A stretch of DNA of 64,000 nucleotides, from assembly GCA_963764715.1 (NCBI GenBank), contig CAVXTP010000008.1:1-64000 (forward strand). The letters are read 5' to 3'. The position numbers and the translations under genes are program-made. Shown here piece by piece: positions 32,665-42,293 of the stretch; positions within the stretch are counted from its first letter, which is position 1, and every line of letters begins with the position of its first letter. This DNA is from an uncultured Acidobacteriota bacterium (GTDB taxonomy: Bacteria > Acidobacteriota > Thermoanaerobaculia > UBA5066 > Gp7-AA6). The notes under the pieces are model-generated. The model worked only from the letters and a program-made list of their open reading frames with translations, did not search any database and was not told where the DNA came from.

Positions 32665-33846
32665 TCAGACGCCGCGCGGGTAGCGCCGGACGCGCTCGCG
32701 GTGAAGGGCGAGGCGCGCCGTGACGTCCTCGAGCCGGTCGCCTCCGGTCAGCGCGAGCAGGGCGTCGGCGAGCACGAAGGCGAGCATCGCCTCGCAGATG
32801 ACGCCGCAGGCCGGGACCGCCGTGACGTCGCTGCGCTCGTAGGCCGAGCGCGACGCTTCTCCGGTCGCGAGGTCGACCGAGTCGAGGCCCCGCGCGAGCG
32901 TCGAGATGGGCTTCATGTGGGCGACCGCGACGACGTCCTCGCCGTTGGTCACTCCGGCCTCGAGGCCCCCCGCCCGGTTGGTCCGCCGGCGGAGCACGCC
33001 GCCCCGCCCGCGCTCGATCTCGTCGTGGGCGCGCGAGCCGGGGCCGCGCGAGGCCTCGATCGCCGAGCCGAGCTCGATCGCCTTGACCGCGGGGACCGAG
33101 AGGAGGGCCTGGCCGATCCGCCCGTCGAGCCGCGCGTCCCAGGAGGCGAAGGTCCCGAGGCCCGCGGGGACGCCGCGCGCGGCCACGAGGATCGAGCCGC
33201 CGAGGGTGTCGCCGTCCTTCTTCGCGGCGTCGATCGCCTCGACCATCTTCGTCTCGAGCGACGCGTCGATCGCGCGGAGCGGCGAGTCTTCGCGGACCTT
33301 CTCGAGCGAGGAGAAGGCGCGCGGGGACCGGTCGTCGACGACCGGCCCGAGGGAGAGGACGCCGCTCCGCACCTCGATGCCGCAGGCCGAGAGCAGCAGC
33401 TTGCACACGGCGCCGGCGGCGACCCGGGCCGCCGACTCCCGCGCCGAGGCGCGCTCGAGGACGTCGCGCAGGTCGGCGGAGCCGTACTTCATCCCCCCGG
33501 CGAGGTCCGCGTGGCCCGGCCGGGGGCGTGTCACGCGCTTGCCGTCCGCCGCGGCCGGGTCGAGGGCGAGGGGGCCCATCACGCCCTCCCAGTTCGCAAA
33601 ATCCCGGTTCAGGATCCCGATCGCGATGGGGGAGCCGAGCGTTCGGCCGCCGCGCACGCCGCCCTCGAAGAGCGCCTCGTCCTGCTCGATCTTCATCCGG
33701 CCGCCGCGGCCGTAGCCGTGCTGGCGCCGCGCGAGCTCGCGGGCGACGAATGCCGGATCGACGGTCAGCCCCGCCGGAACGCCCTCGAGGATGGCGGTCA
33801 GGCGGGGCCCGTGGGATTCGCCCGCGGTCAAGAGACGCAGCGGCAC
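32665..33846 (-). CDS. aroC: Chorismate synthase
   Basis: TAGESHG, RRQHGYGRGGRM, PRPGHAD, ERASARE, MKPIST, ERSD. Confidence 0.96.
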   Translation of the reverse strand: MPLRLLTAGESHGPRLTAILEGVPAGLTVDPAFVARELARRQHGYGRGGRMKIEQDEALFEGGVRGGRTLGSPIAIGILNRDFANWEGVMGPLALDPAAADGKRVTRPRPGHADLAGGMKYGSADLRDVLERASARESAARVAAGAVCKLLLSACGIEVRSGVLSLGPVVDDRSPRAFSSLEKVREDSPLRAIDASLETKMVEAIDAAKKDGDTLGGSILVAARGVPAGLGTFASWDARLDGRIGQALLSVPAVKAIELGSAIEASRGPGSRAHDEIERGRGGVLRRRTNRAGGLEAGVTNGEDVVAVAHMKPISTLARGLDSVDLATGEASRSAYERSDVTAVPACGVICEAMLAFVLADALLALTGGDRLEDVTARLALHRERVRRYPRGV

Positions 33847-33860
33847 CCGCAGAGTCTAGT

Positions 33861-33912
33861 GTAGGGGCGGGGCTTGACCCCGCCCGGGCGGCCGCAAGGG
33901 CCGCCCCCCCAC
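33861..33912. repeat. Inverted GTAG-REP doublet
   Basis: GTAGGGGCGGGGCTTGACCCCGCCC joined to inverted GGGCGGCCGCAAGGGCCGCCCC...AC. Confidence 0.82.
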
Positions 33913-33922
33913 GCGCGACGGC

Positions 33923-34411
33923 TCAGCCCTCGGCGCGCAGCCAGCGGTCGAGGGCCTCGAAGCGGCGCGCCGCGCGACGCGGCGTGCGGAGCGCCCGGGC
34001 CTTCTCCTGCTGCTCGGAGGTCAGGATCGGCCAGATCTCGGATCGGATCCGGGCGCGGAGCACCGCGCCGTCGGCCCGGACGTCCCCGGCCTGCGCGGCG
34101 AGCTTCCGGATCTCGGCCTCGTCGAACGGCTCGGCCAGCGTCGCCGCGCGCAGAGCGCGCCGGCTCTCGGCGCCGGCCTTGATCTGCGCCTCGATGGCGT
34201 CGGCGTGGGCGCGCAGGACGCCGCGGACGCGGGCCTGCTGGTCCTCGGTCAGCCCGAGCTCGCGGACGGCGCGCCGGTACATGCGCGGCGCGCGGCCGTC
34301 GGGGCCGGTTCCGGACGGATGGGCCACGAGGCGGGCGGCGAAGAGGCCGGAAAGCGCCACGGCGGCGGCCCCGGCGGCGAGAATCGAGCGGCGGATCGGA
34401 ACGATGCGCAT
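33923..34411 (-). CDS. Spy/CpxP family periplasmic protein
   Basis: LGLTEDQQ and ILTSEQQ (LTxxQ motifs), N-terminal signal. Confidence 0.85.
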   Translation of the reverse strand: MRIVPIRRSILAAGAAAVALSGLFAARLVAHPSGTGPDGRAPRMYRRAVRELGLTEDQQARVRGVLRAHADAIEAQIKAGAESRRALRAATLAEPFDEAEIRKLAAQAGDVRADGAVLRARIRSEIWPILTSEQQEKARALRTPRRAARRFEALDRWLRAEG

Positions 34412-34487
34412 CGAGTCCTCCTGTGTGTCCGCCGATGAGACGAGCGGGACGCCCCCGCGGATTACGGCCGCGGGCTAAACTGCCCCC

Positions 34488-36524
34488 GTGGAGCGCAAGT
34501 ACGTCCTCAAGACGCCGGCGCGGCTGAAGACCTACCGCGTCGACTACGACCGGGAGTTGAACGACGAGCAGCGCGACGTCGTCCTCGCCGACGGCGGCCC
34601 GATCCTGGTCATCGCGGGGGCGGGCTCCGGGAAGACGCGCACCCTCGTCTACCGCGTCTCGCGCCTCATCGAGTCCGGGCACGATCCCTCGCGCATCCTC
34701 CTCCTGACCTTCACCAACAAAGCCGCGAAGGAGATGCTCCGCCGGGTCGAGACGCTGCTGGCGGTCGACACGCGCCGCCTGATGGGCGGGACCTTCCACT
34801 CCGTCGGGAACCGGATCCTGCGCCGGTTCGGGACGCGGCTGGGGCTCGGGGCCAACTTCACGATCCTCGACCCCGAGGACGCCCGCGAGATGCTCGAGGC
34901 CTCGACGTCCGACCGGAACATCCCGACGCTCGAGCGGCGCTTCCCCAAGGGCGACGTCCTGCTCGACCTCTACTCGTTCACGATCAACACGGGCCGCCCG
35001 TTCACGCAGGTCCTCGCCGAGCACGCGCCCCACTTCGCCGAGCTCGAGACGGAGATCGTCTCGGTCTTCCAGCGCTACCGTGAGCGCAAGCGGCTCGGCA
35101 ACGCCTGCGACTACGACGACCTGCTGCTGATGTGGAAGCGGCTGCTCGACGAGGTGCCGGAGGCGGCCGTGCAGCTTTCGGCCTCCTACGACCACGTCCT
35201 CGTGGACGAGTACCAGGACACCAACCGCCTCCAGGGCGAGATCGTCGACGGGATGGCCCGCGTCAAGAAGAACGTGACGGTCGTCGGCGACGACGCGCAG
35301 GCGATCTACTCCTTCCGCGGGGCCTCCTTCGAGAACATCCTCGGCTTCCCGCAGCGCTACCCGGGGGCCCAGACCTTCCGGCTGACGCGCAACTACCGCT
35401 CGACGCCCGAGATCCTGGCGCTCGCCAACGCCTCGATCGCCCACAACGAGAATCAGTTCCCCAAGGAGCTGGCCGCCGCCCGCGAGGCGGGCGGCCTGCC
35501 CGCCGTCGTCGCGCTGCCGGACGTCGCGGACCAGGCGCGCTTCATCGGACAGCGCCTGCTGGAGTGGCACGACGAGGGCGAGAAGCTGGCCGACCTCGCG
35601 GTCCTCTACCGGGCGCACTACCAGGCGCTGGAGCTCCAGATCGAGCTGACGCGGCGTGGCATTCCCTACGAGATCCGGTCGGGCACGCGCTTCTTCGAGC
35701 AGCGCCACGTCAAGGACGTCCTCGCGTTCCTGCGGATCGTCGTCAATCCGAAGGACGAGCTCTCCTGGAAGCGGGCCCTGAAGCTCTTTCCGCGCGTCGG
35801 CGAGCGCTCGGCCTCGGCCGTCTGGCTGGCGATCGGCGGGCGGCCCGATCCGCTGGCGGCCTTCCGCGCGCTCGACGGCCGCAGCGCGGACCTCGGCCGC
35901 GGGTCGGAGGCGTCGCTCCGGCCTTTCCGCGCCCTGCTGGGGCGCCTGGATTCGCCCGCGATCCGCTCCTCGCCGTCGGAAGCCATCCGGTCGGTCGTCG
36001 AGGACGTCTACCGCGACTACGCCCGGGCCAAGTTCCCCAACGGCGACGCGCGCCTGGACGACCTCGAGCAGTTTGCCCAGTTCGCCCAGTCCTACGACTC
36101 CCTGCCGTCGTTTCTCGAGGAGATCACGCTCTTCAACGAGCTCTCGGGCGAGGACGTCGTGGCGGGCGAGCCGGACGACGACCGCGTCGTGCTGTCCTCG
36201 ATCCACCAGGCCAAGGGCCTCGAGTGGAGCCGGGTGATCGTGATGTGGCTCTCGGAGGGGCGTTTCCCGAACTACCGGTCGGTCGCGACCGACGAGGGCC
36301 TCGAGGAGGAGCGCCGCCTCTTCTACGTCGCCGTGACGCGCGCCAGGAACGAGATCGCGCTCGTTTACCCGATGCTCGCCCGCGACCGCTACGGCGTCGA
36401 CGTGATCCTGGAGCCCTCGCGGTTCCTGACGGAGCTGCCGGAATCGGTCTACGAGCGGTGGACGATCGAGCGGGAGCCGTCCTCGGAGGAGGTCGAAAAC
36501 GCCGCCGGGGAGCCGATTAATTGA
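34488..36524 (+). CDS. UvrD/PcrA-family ATP-dependent DNA helicase
   Basis: AGAGSGKT, TFTNKAA, VDEYQDTN, GDDAQAIYSFRGA, NYRS, HQAKGLEW, EEERRLFYVAVTRA. Confidence 0.95.
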   Translation: MERKYVLKTPARLKTYRVDYDRELNDEQRDVVLADGGPILVIAGAGSGKTRTLVYRVSRLIESGHDPSRILLLTFTNKAAKEMLRRVETLLAVDTRRLMGGTFHSVGNRILRRFGTRLGLGANFTILDPEDAREMLEASTSDRNIPTLERRFPKGDVLLDLYSFTINTGRPFTQVLAEHAPHFAELETEIVSVFQRYRERKRLGNACDYDDLLLMWKRLLDEVPEAAVQLSASYDHVLVDEYQDTNRLQGEIVDGMARVKKNVTVVGDDAQAIYSFRGASFENILGFPQRYPGAQTFRLTRNYRSTPEILALANASIAHNENQFPKELAAAREAGGLPAVVALPDVADQARFIGQRLLEWHDEGEKLADLAVLYRAHYQALELQIELTRRGIPYEIRSGTRFFEQRHVKDVLAFLRIVVNPKDELSWKRALKLFPRVGERSASAVWLAIGGRPDPLAAFRALDGRSADLGRGSEASLRPFRALLGRLDSPAIRSSPSEAIRSVVEDVYRDYARAKFPNGDARLDDLEQFAQFAQSYDSLPSFLEEITLFNELSGEDVVAGEPDDDRVVLSSIHQAKGLEWSRVIVMWLSEGRFPNYRSVATDEGLEEERRLFYVAVTRARNEIALVYPMLARDRYGVDVILEPSRFLTELPESVYERWTIEREPSSEEVENAAGEPIN

Positions 36525-36558
36525 AGCCGGGCCGCGCTAAAATGGTCCCGGGTCGACG

Positions 36559-37083
36559 ATGAAAGACGACATCTACTCCGCGATCTGCCGCGAGGCTCTC
36601 GAGTCCCGCCAGCGGGATCTCGGGTCCTTCGTCGACAACGGGATGGCCGGGCTCTCGACCCGGCTGGAGAAGACGCTCCTGAAGCTGCCGGCGGGGCACT
36701 TCCTTCTCGGGCTCGGGCCATACAACGCGGGCCTCGTCAAGCTCGACTTCGACGAGCTCCTCATCGGCCGCGAGGTTCCGGAGTACATCGGCGTCGGCAT
36801 GCCGGTCACGGGCTTCCGCGTCTCGTCGCCGGACGCCTTCCTGAACGTCGAGGTCTCGCGGCTCCACGCCAAGGTGCTGCGTCAGCTCAACCACGACGGT
36901 CCCCGCTACCGCCTGATCGACATGCGTTCGACCTGCGGGACGTACCTGAACGGCGAGCCGATTCCGGCGCCCGACGACCTCTCCGGCGTCCTCGAGGAAG
37001 ACTGCGCGCGCCCGCTAACCTCCGGCGACTTTTTCTCGCTCGGCCCCTCGGCCGTCAATCTCTTTCTCTTCTTCCAGAAGTGA
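36559..37083 (+). CDS. FHA domain protein
   Basis: IGR...VSRLHA...DMRSTCGTYLNG FHA signature. Confidence 0.82.
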   Translation: MKDDIYSAICREALESRQRDLGSFVDNGMAGLSTRLEKTLLKLPAGHFLLGLGPYNAGLVKLDFDELLIGREVPEYIGVGMPVTGFRVSSPDAFLNVEVSRLHAKVLRQLNHDGPRYRLIDMRSTCGTYLNGEPIPAPDDLSGVLEEDCARPLTSGDFFSLGPSAVNLFLFFQK

Positions 37084-38843
37084 CCGGGGCGCGGGTCGCG
37101 CCTCCGGGATCCCGGGCGGCGGCCTTCGTCGGACTGGCGGCGGCGTTCGTCGCCGCGGTCGATCTCGCACGCTTCTTCGGCCCGGCGCTCCTCGCGGATC
37201 CCGAGCGCGCGTGGGCACCGGCCCGGCTCCTGCTCGGGCTGGCCGTCGCGTCGGCCGCTTCCGCGGCGGGAGCGATCGCCGCGGCCCTCTTCCTCGTCGG
37301 CGCGGCCGGCGCGTCCGCCCGCCGGCCCCTCGAGCCCCTGCCGCTCGCTCCCGGGACCCTGGCGGCGATCGCGATCGCCGCGGTGCTCGCGGGCTCCTTC
37401 CTGAGGCTCGCCGGACTCGATCGGGTCCCGGTGCCGCTGTGGGTCGACGACATCTCGCTCGCGCCGCCGACGCTCGAGCTCAAGGGAACCTGGAGCGACT
37501 TCGCCGACACGATCCGCCCGGCGCCGTACGGCGTGAGCAAGCCCTTCGGCACCGTCGGCGTCCTCTACCTCGAGGTCCGCCGGGCGGCGTTCAAGCTCGC
37601 CGGCGTCAGCGTGCTCGGCGTGCGGCTGCCGGCGGCGCTGGCCGGCTGCGCGTCGATCGTGACGGCCGGCCTCCTCGGCCGCGCGCTCCTGCCGGCCGGG
37701 GGAGGCGCGCTCGCGGCCCTCGCGCTCTCGGGGATGCGCTGGCAGCTCATCCTTTCGCGCTGGGGCTGGGTCGCGATGTTCCTCGCGCCGGTCGCGGACG
37801 TCGCGGCGCTCCTGCTCCTCTCGGCGCGCCGGACGCGCCGGGCCGCCGTGGCCGCGGTCGCGGGCCTCGTCGCCGGTCTCGGCGCGCACGTGTACCTCTC
37901 GGCGTGGGTCGTGGCCGGGGCGCTCGGCCTTCTCGCCGTCTGGCCCGGCGCGGCCGGTTCCCTCCGGAGCCGCGCGCGGCTCGCGGTCGGCTTCGCCGCC
38001 GGCTTCCTCGTCGCCGCGGCTCCCCTCTTCCTCTTCAAGGAGAACCGCGCGACGCCGTACTTCTCGAGGCTCTCGGACCACAGCCTCGCGATCGAGATCG
38101 AGCGCGCGCGTTCGGCGCGGCCGCTCCTCGAGGCGACGTCGGACGCGTTGAAGGCGCCGTGGTTTCTTCCCGACCCCGTGCCGATCAACGACCTGCCCGG
38201 CAAGTCGCGGCTCGGCTGGGTCCTCGGAGTGCCGGTCGCGCTCGCGCTCGGCCGGGCGCTGCTGCGCCCCACGGAAGAGATCTCCGCCTATCTGCTGGCG
38301 CACGCGGGTTGCGCGCTGGCCGCCTCCGTCGCCTCGGGCCAGGCGCACGCGCCGAACGGGTTCCGGTTCGGCTACCTGACGACGGTGACGGCGGTCGCCG
38401 CGGCCGCGGGAGCTCTCGGGATCGTCGCGGCCGTCTCCGCGGCGCGCCGGCGCGAAGCCGCCCTGGCCGTGGTGGGCCTTCTTACGGTCAACGGGGCCAT
38501 CGGGGCGCGCGACGCCCTGGTGCGCTGGGGAGAGTCCCGCGTCACCTTCGACTTCTTCCACGGGCCGGACACGCTCGTCGGGCGGGCGGCGGCGCGCTGG
38601 GAGCGGTACGGACCGGTCCGGACGGACCTCGCGCTCGTCCACTCGCCGCTGACGTTCGAGGCCGTGCGCCGGCTTCGCCTGGACCCCTGGCGGACGCCGC
38701 CGATGGAGCCGGCGCGCGCGCCGGGGGAGTCCGCGTTCCGGATCGTGCGCCCCGGCTCGCCGCGCCGCGAGGGTGAGCGCGTCGTCGAGCGGATCGCCGA
38801 CGCCTGGGGACGGGAGTGGGGGATCGTCGTTGCCGGACGCTGA
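37080..38843 (+). CDS. GT-C fold (ArnT/PMT-like) membrane glycosyltransferase, paralog 1
   Basis: LRLAGLDRVPVPLWVDD, GVRLPAALAG, W.LILSRW; multi-TM. Confidence 0.72.
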   Translation: MTGARVAPPGSRAAAFVGLAAAFVAAVDLARFFGPALLADPERAWAPARLLLGLAVASAASAAGAIAAALFLVGAAGASARRPLEPLPLAPGTLAAIAIAAVLAGSFLRLAGLDRVPVPLWVDDISLAPPTLELKGTWSDFADTIRPAPYGVSKPFGTVGVLYLEVRRAAFKLAGVSVLGVRLPAALAGCASIVTAGLLGRALLPAGGGALAALALSGMRWQLILSRWGWVAMFLAPVADVAALLLLSARRTRRAAVAAVAGLVAGLGAHVYLSAWVVAGALGLLAVWPGAAGSLRSRARLAVGFAAGFLVAAAPLFLFKENRATPYFSRLSDHSLAIEIERARSARPLLEATSDALKAPWFLPDPVPINDLPGKSRLGWVLGVPVALALGRALLRPTEEISAYLLAHAGCALAASVASGQAHAPNGFRFGYLTTVTAVAAAAGALGIVAAVSAARRREAALAVVGLLTVNGAIGARDALVRWGESRVTFDFFHGPDTLVGRAAARWERYGPVRTDLALVHSPLTFEAVRRLRLDPWRTPPMEPARAPGESAFRIVRPGSPRREGERVVERIADAWGREWGIVVAGR

Positions 38844-40602
38844 GGGCGAGCACGCGGGCCCGAGGCCGGGCGCATCGATCGCCGTCGGCCTGGCCGCGGG
38901 GTTCGTCGCCGCGGCCGCCGTCGTCCGCTGGATCCGGCCTCGCCTGCTGGCGGATGCGGACCCGTCCTGGGCCTCGGCGCGGCTGACGCTCGGCCTGCTC
39001 GCGGTCGCCGCCGCGGCCGCGGCGGGCGTGGCGCTGGCCGCCCTGTTCTGGGCGTTTTCGCGCCTGCGGGCCGCGCGCGCCCCGCTCGAGCCCCTTGCGC
39101 TCCGGTCCGGGACGCTCGTCGCTCTCGCCGCCGTCGCCGTCCTCGCCGGAACGGGCCTGCGCGTCGTCTCGCTCTCGCGCGTCCCCGAGGTCCTGTGGGT
39201 CGACGACCTCTCGCTGATCGCCCCCGCGCTTTCGCTCGAGGGGTCGCCACGGGACTTCCGGGACGCGATCCGGGCCACGCCCTACGGCGTGCCCCGGCCC
39301 TACGGAACCATCGGCGTCCTCTACCTCGAGGGGTATCGCGCGCTGCTCGACCTGGCGGGAACGACCGTTCTCGGCGTCCGCCTGCCCTCGGCGCTCGCGG
39401 GGATCGCCTCGCTCGTCACGGCGGCCCTGCTCGGCCGCGCGCTCCTGCCGTCCGGCGGGGGAGCGCTCACGGCGCTCATCCTCGCGGGACTGCGCTGGCA
39501 CCTCATCCTGTCGCGCTGGGCCTTCAACATGATCGTGCTCGCGCCGATCGTGGACGTCGCGACGCTCCTGCTGCTCTCGGCCCGGCGCCGGGGCCGCGTG
39601 ACGACGGCTCTCGCCGCGGGAGCGGTCGCGGGTCTCGGTGCGCACGTCTATCTCTCGGCCTGGCCGGCCGCGGCCGCGCTGGCGCTCTTCGCGCTCTGGC
39701 CGGCCTCACCCGGCGAGCCCGGCTCCTCGCGGGCTCTTCGCGCCGCCCTCTTCGGCCTGGGGTTCGCCGCCTGCGCCGCGCCGCTCTTCCTGCTGCGCGA
39801 CGGTCGGACCACGCCGTACTTCGCGCGCACCGCGGACCACAACGTCGTCCTCGAGATGCGGCGGGAGCGTTCCGTCCTGCCGCCGGTCTTCGCCGCCGCC
39901 GAGGCCCTCGCGTCGCCCTGGCGGGCCGACCCTTCGCCGCGCCACGACCTGCCGGGACGCCGGCGGCTCGGGTGGATCTACGGCATTCCGGTGACGATCG
40001 CCCTCGGCCGCGCGCTCCTGCGCCCGCGCGAGCCGCTCTCGGGGCTGCTGCTCGCGCACGGCGCGGCGTACCTCGCGGCGGTCGTCGCGGGGGGGCAGGC
40101 GGACAATCCGAACGGGTCCCGCTTCGGCTATCTCGCGACGCTCACGGCCGTCGCGGCCGCCGCCGGAACGCTGTGGCTGGTCGGCCTCGTGCGTCCACCC
40201 CGGCGGCGGGCCGCGGCGCTCGCCGCCGTCGGCGCGATCGCCGCGAGCGGCCTGCTCTCCGCGCGCGACGTGCTGGTGACGTGGAGCGCGCATCCCGAGA
40301 CGTTCCGCGGGTTCCACGGCGAGGACACGCGAATCGGACGGGCGGCCGCGCGGTGGGAGCCCTACGGCGCCCTCGCGATCGAGCCCGGCGTGGGGCGCTC
40401 GAGGATCGCGGTCGAGGCCGTCCGCCGTTACCGGCTCGACCCGGACCTTCCGGCCGAACCTCCCCGGCCGGGCGGGCCGCTTCGCATCCGGATCGCGCCC
40501 GCCGGCGAAACACCCGCGGCCGGGGAGCGCCTCGTGGAACGCATCGAGGACCCCGAGGGCCGAGTGCGGGCGGTCGTGCTGGCGAGCCGGGCGGGCCGCT
40601 AG
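38830..40602 (+). CDS. GT-C fold (ArnT/PMT-like) membrane glycosyltransferase, paralog 2
   Basis: LRVVSLSRVPEVLWVDD, GVRLPSALAG; collinear with the previous gene; TTG start inferred. Confidence 0.72.
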   Translation: MPDAEGEHAGPRPGASIAVGLAAGFVAAAAVVRWIRPRLLADADPSWASARLTLGLLAVAAAAAAGVALAALFWAFSRLRAARAPLEPLALRSGTLVALAAVAVLAGTGLRVVSLSRVPEVLWVDDLSLIAPALSLEGSPRDFRDAIRATPYGVPRPYGTIGVLYLEGYRALLDLAGTTVLGVRLPSALAGIASLVTAALLGRALLPSGGGALTALILAGLRWHLILSRWAFNMIVLAPIVDVATLLLLSARRRGRVTTALAAGAVAGLGAHVYLSAWPAAAALALFALWPASPGEPGSSRALRAALFGLGFAACAAPLFLLRDGRTTPYFARTADHNVVLEMRRERSVLPPVFAAAEALASPWRADPSPRHDLPGRRRLGWIYGIPVTIALGRALLRPREPLSGLLLAHGAAYLAAVVAGGQADNPNGSRFGYLATLTAVAAAAGTLWLVGLVRPPRRRAAALAAVGAIAASGLLSARDVLVTWSAHPETFRGFHGEDTRIGRAAARWEPYGALAIEPGVGRSRIAVEAVRRYRLDPDLPAEPPRPGGPLRIRIAPAGETPAAGERLVERIEDPEGRVRAVVLASRAGR

Positions 40603-41147
40603 CGGGGCGTGTCGGCGGGGACGCGCGACGCCTCCGCCAGCGCGTCGGGACCGACGTCGAAGGAGGAGGGCATGATCGAGATCAGGCCCGAGGCGTCCCA
40701 GATTCCCATCGTGCGCAGGGGCGGCCGGTAGATGTGGAGCGAGACGGCCCGGGCGCTCGTCGAGGCGAGGCGGTGGAGCGTGGTCGGCCCGATGTCGGAG
40801 AGGTCGCCCTCCGGGCGGGGCCGGTTGTCGGAGAGCTCGGGCTTTTCGTGCGGCGTCGTGAAGCGCTCCTCGGCCAGGGTGCCCGAGAGGACGACCATTC
40901 CGCCCATGACGCCGCGATGGTCGTGGATCGGGGTGATCTGGCCGCTCTCCCAGGCGATGAGCATGACCTCCCAGTCGTCCCAGACCAGGATGGGGTGGCG
41001 GAGGTACCGCTCGCGCGAGAACCGCACGCGGTCGAGGTAGCGCTCCGTCTCCCGCGCGACCCGCTCGCACAGGCTCCCCGGCGTCGGGCGCTCGGGCCGG
41101 GCCGAGGCGTCGAAGATGACTTCCCGGACGGCTTCGGCGAAAGTCAC
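40599..41147 (-). CDS. Cysteine dioxygenase-type cupin
   Basis: Y.RH, WESGQITPIHDH, LHRL, AVSLHIY. Confidence 0.82.
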   Translation of the reverse strand: MTFAEAVREVIFDASARPERPTPGSLCERVARETERYLDRVRFSRERYLRHPILVWDDWEVMLIAWESGQITPIHDHRGVMGGMVVLSGTLAEERFTTPHEKPELSDNRPRPEGDLSDIGPTTLHRLASTSARAVSLHIYRPPLRTMGIWDASGLISIMPSSFDVGPDALAEASRVPADTPR

Positions 41148-41188
41148 GATCGGGATTCTACTCCCGGGTTCTGCTATCGTCCGCCGCG

Positions 41189-42241
41189 ATGAAAATCGCG
41201 GTGGTTCCCGGCGACGGGATCGGAGTCGACGTCACGGCCGAGGCGGTCAAGGTCCTCGACCGGGTCGCCCGTTTCCGGGGGCTCGCCTTCGAGCCGGTCT
41301 TCTTCCCCTGGAGCGCGGACCACTACCTGAAGACCGGCGTTTCGATCCCCGAGGGCGGCTTCGACGACTGGGCCCGGAACTACGACGCCGTCTTCATGGG
41401 GGCCTTCGGGGACCCGCGCGTGCCGGACATGAAGCACGCCGCCGACATTCTGCTCGGCGCCCGCTTCCAGCTCGACCTCTACGTCAACTACCGGCCGGTT
41501 CGCTGCCTCGACGACCGCCTCTGCCCCTTGAAGAACTTCGGCGCGCGGGACGTCGATTTCGTCGTCTTTCGCGAGAACACCGAGGGCTCGTACGTCGGGG
41601 CGGGCGGCCACCTCAAGAAGGGGACACCGGAGGAAGTGGCGGTCCAGGAGGACGTCTCGACGCGGCTCGGGGTCGAACGGATCATCCGCTACGCCTTCGA
41701 GTTCGCGAAGTCCCGCGGCCGCCGCCGGGTCGTCATGTCGGACAAGTCGAACGCGATGCGCTTCGTCGGGGACCTCTGGCAGCGGACGTTCGCCGAGGTC
41801 GCGAAGGAGTATCCCGGGATCGAGGCGTCTCACCTCTACATCGACGCGCTCTGCATGCAGATGGTCAAGGACCCCCGGCAGTTCGACGTCGTCGTGACGA
41901 ACAACATGTTCGGCGACATCGCGACCGACCTCGGGGCGGCGCTCCAGGGCGGGCTCGGGATGGCGGCCTCCGGCAACCTCCATCCCGGGCGTGTCTCCAT
42001 GTTCGAGCCGGTGCACGGCTCCGCGCCGAAGTACGCCGGCACGGGGAAGGCCAATCCCTTCGGCGCCATCCTCACCGCCGGGCTGCTCCTCGACCACCTC
42101 GGCCATGCGGTCGAGGCCGCGGCCGTCGAGGCCGCCGTGGCCGCGTGCGTGCGGGACGGGCGGGCGACCGCGGACGTCGGCGGGTCCCTCACGACCTCGG
42201 CCGCGGGCGACGCGGTCGCCGAGCGCCTCCGCTTCGACTGA
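41189..42241 (+). CDS. Isocitrate/isopropylmalate/tartrate dehydrogenase family protein
   Basis: PGDGIG, RENTEG, KSN, TNNMFGDI, FEPVHGSAP. Confidence 0.92.
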   Translation: MKIAVVPGDGIGVDVTAEAVKVLDRVARFRGLAFEPVFFPWSADHYLKTGVSIPEGGFDDWARNYDAVFMGAFGDPRVPDMKHAADILLGARFQLDLYVNYRPVRCLDDRLCPLKNFGARDVDFVVFRENTEGSYVGAGGHLKKGTPEEVAVQEDVSTRLGVERIIRYAFEFAKSRGRRRVVMSDKSNAMRFVGDLWQRTFAEVAKEYPGIEASHLYIDALCMQMVKDPRQFDVVVTNNMFGDIATDLGAALQGGLGMAASGNLHPGRVSMFEPVHGSAPKYAGTGKANPFGAILTAGLLLDHLGHAVEAAAVEAAVAACVRDGRATADVGGSLTTSAAGDAVAERLRFD

Positions 42242-42293
42242 GCCGATCCAGCCCCGGATCGGCTACAATGCGCGGACGAAGGAGAATCCGAAC

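Noticed and set aside
34430-34466. ECF-type promoter (GTAAT...CGTC, minus strand) upstream of the Spy/CpxP gene
   Set aside because: Plausible, but too short and degenerate to support without a cognate sigma consensus.
41189-42241. Assigning leuB
   Set aside because: Family is clear, but substrate (isopropylmalate, tartrate or other) cannot be fixed by eye and no leu genes are adjacent.
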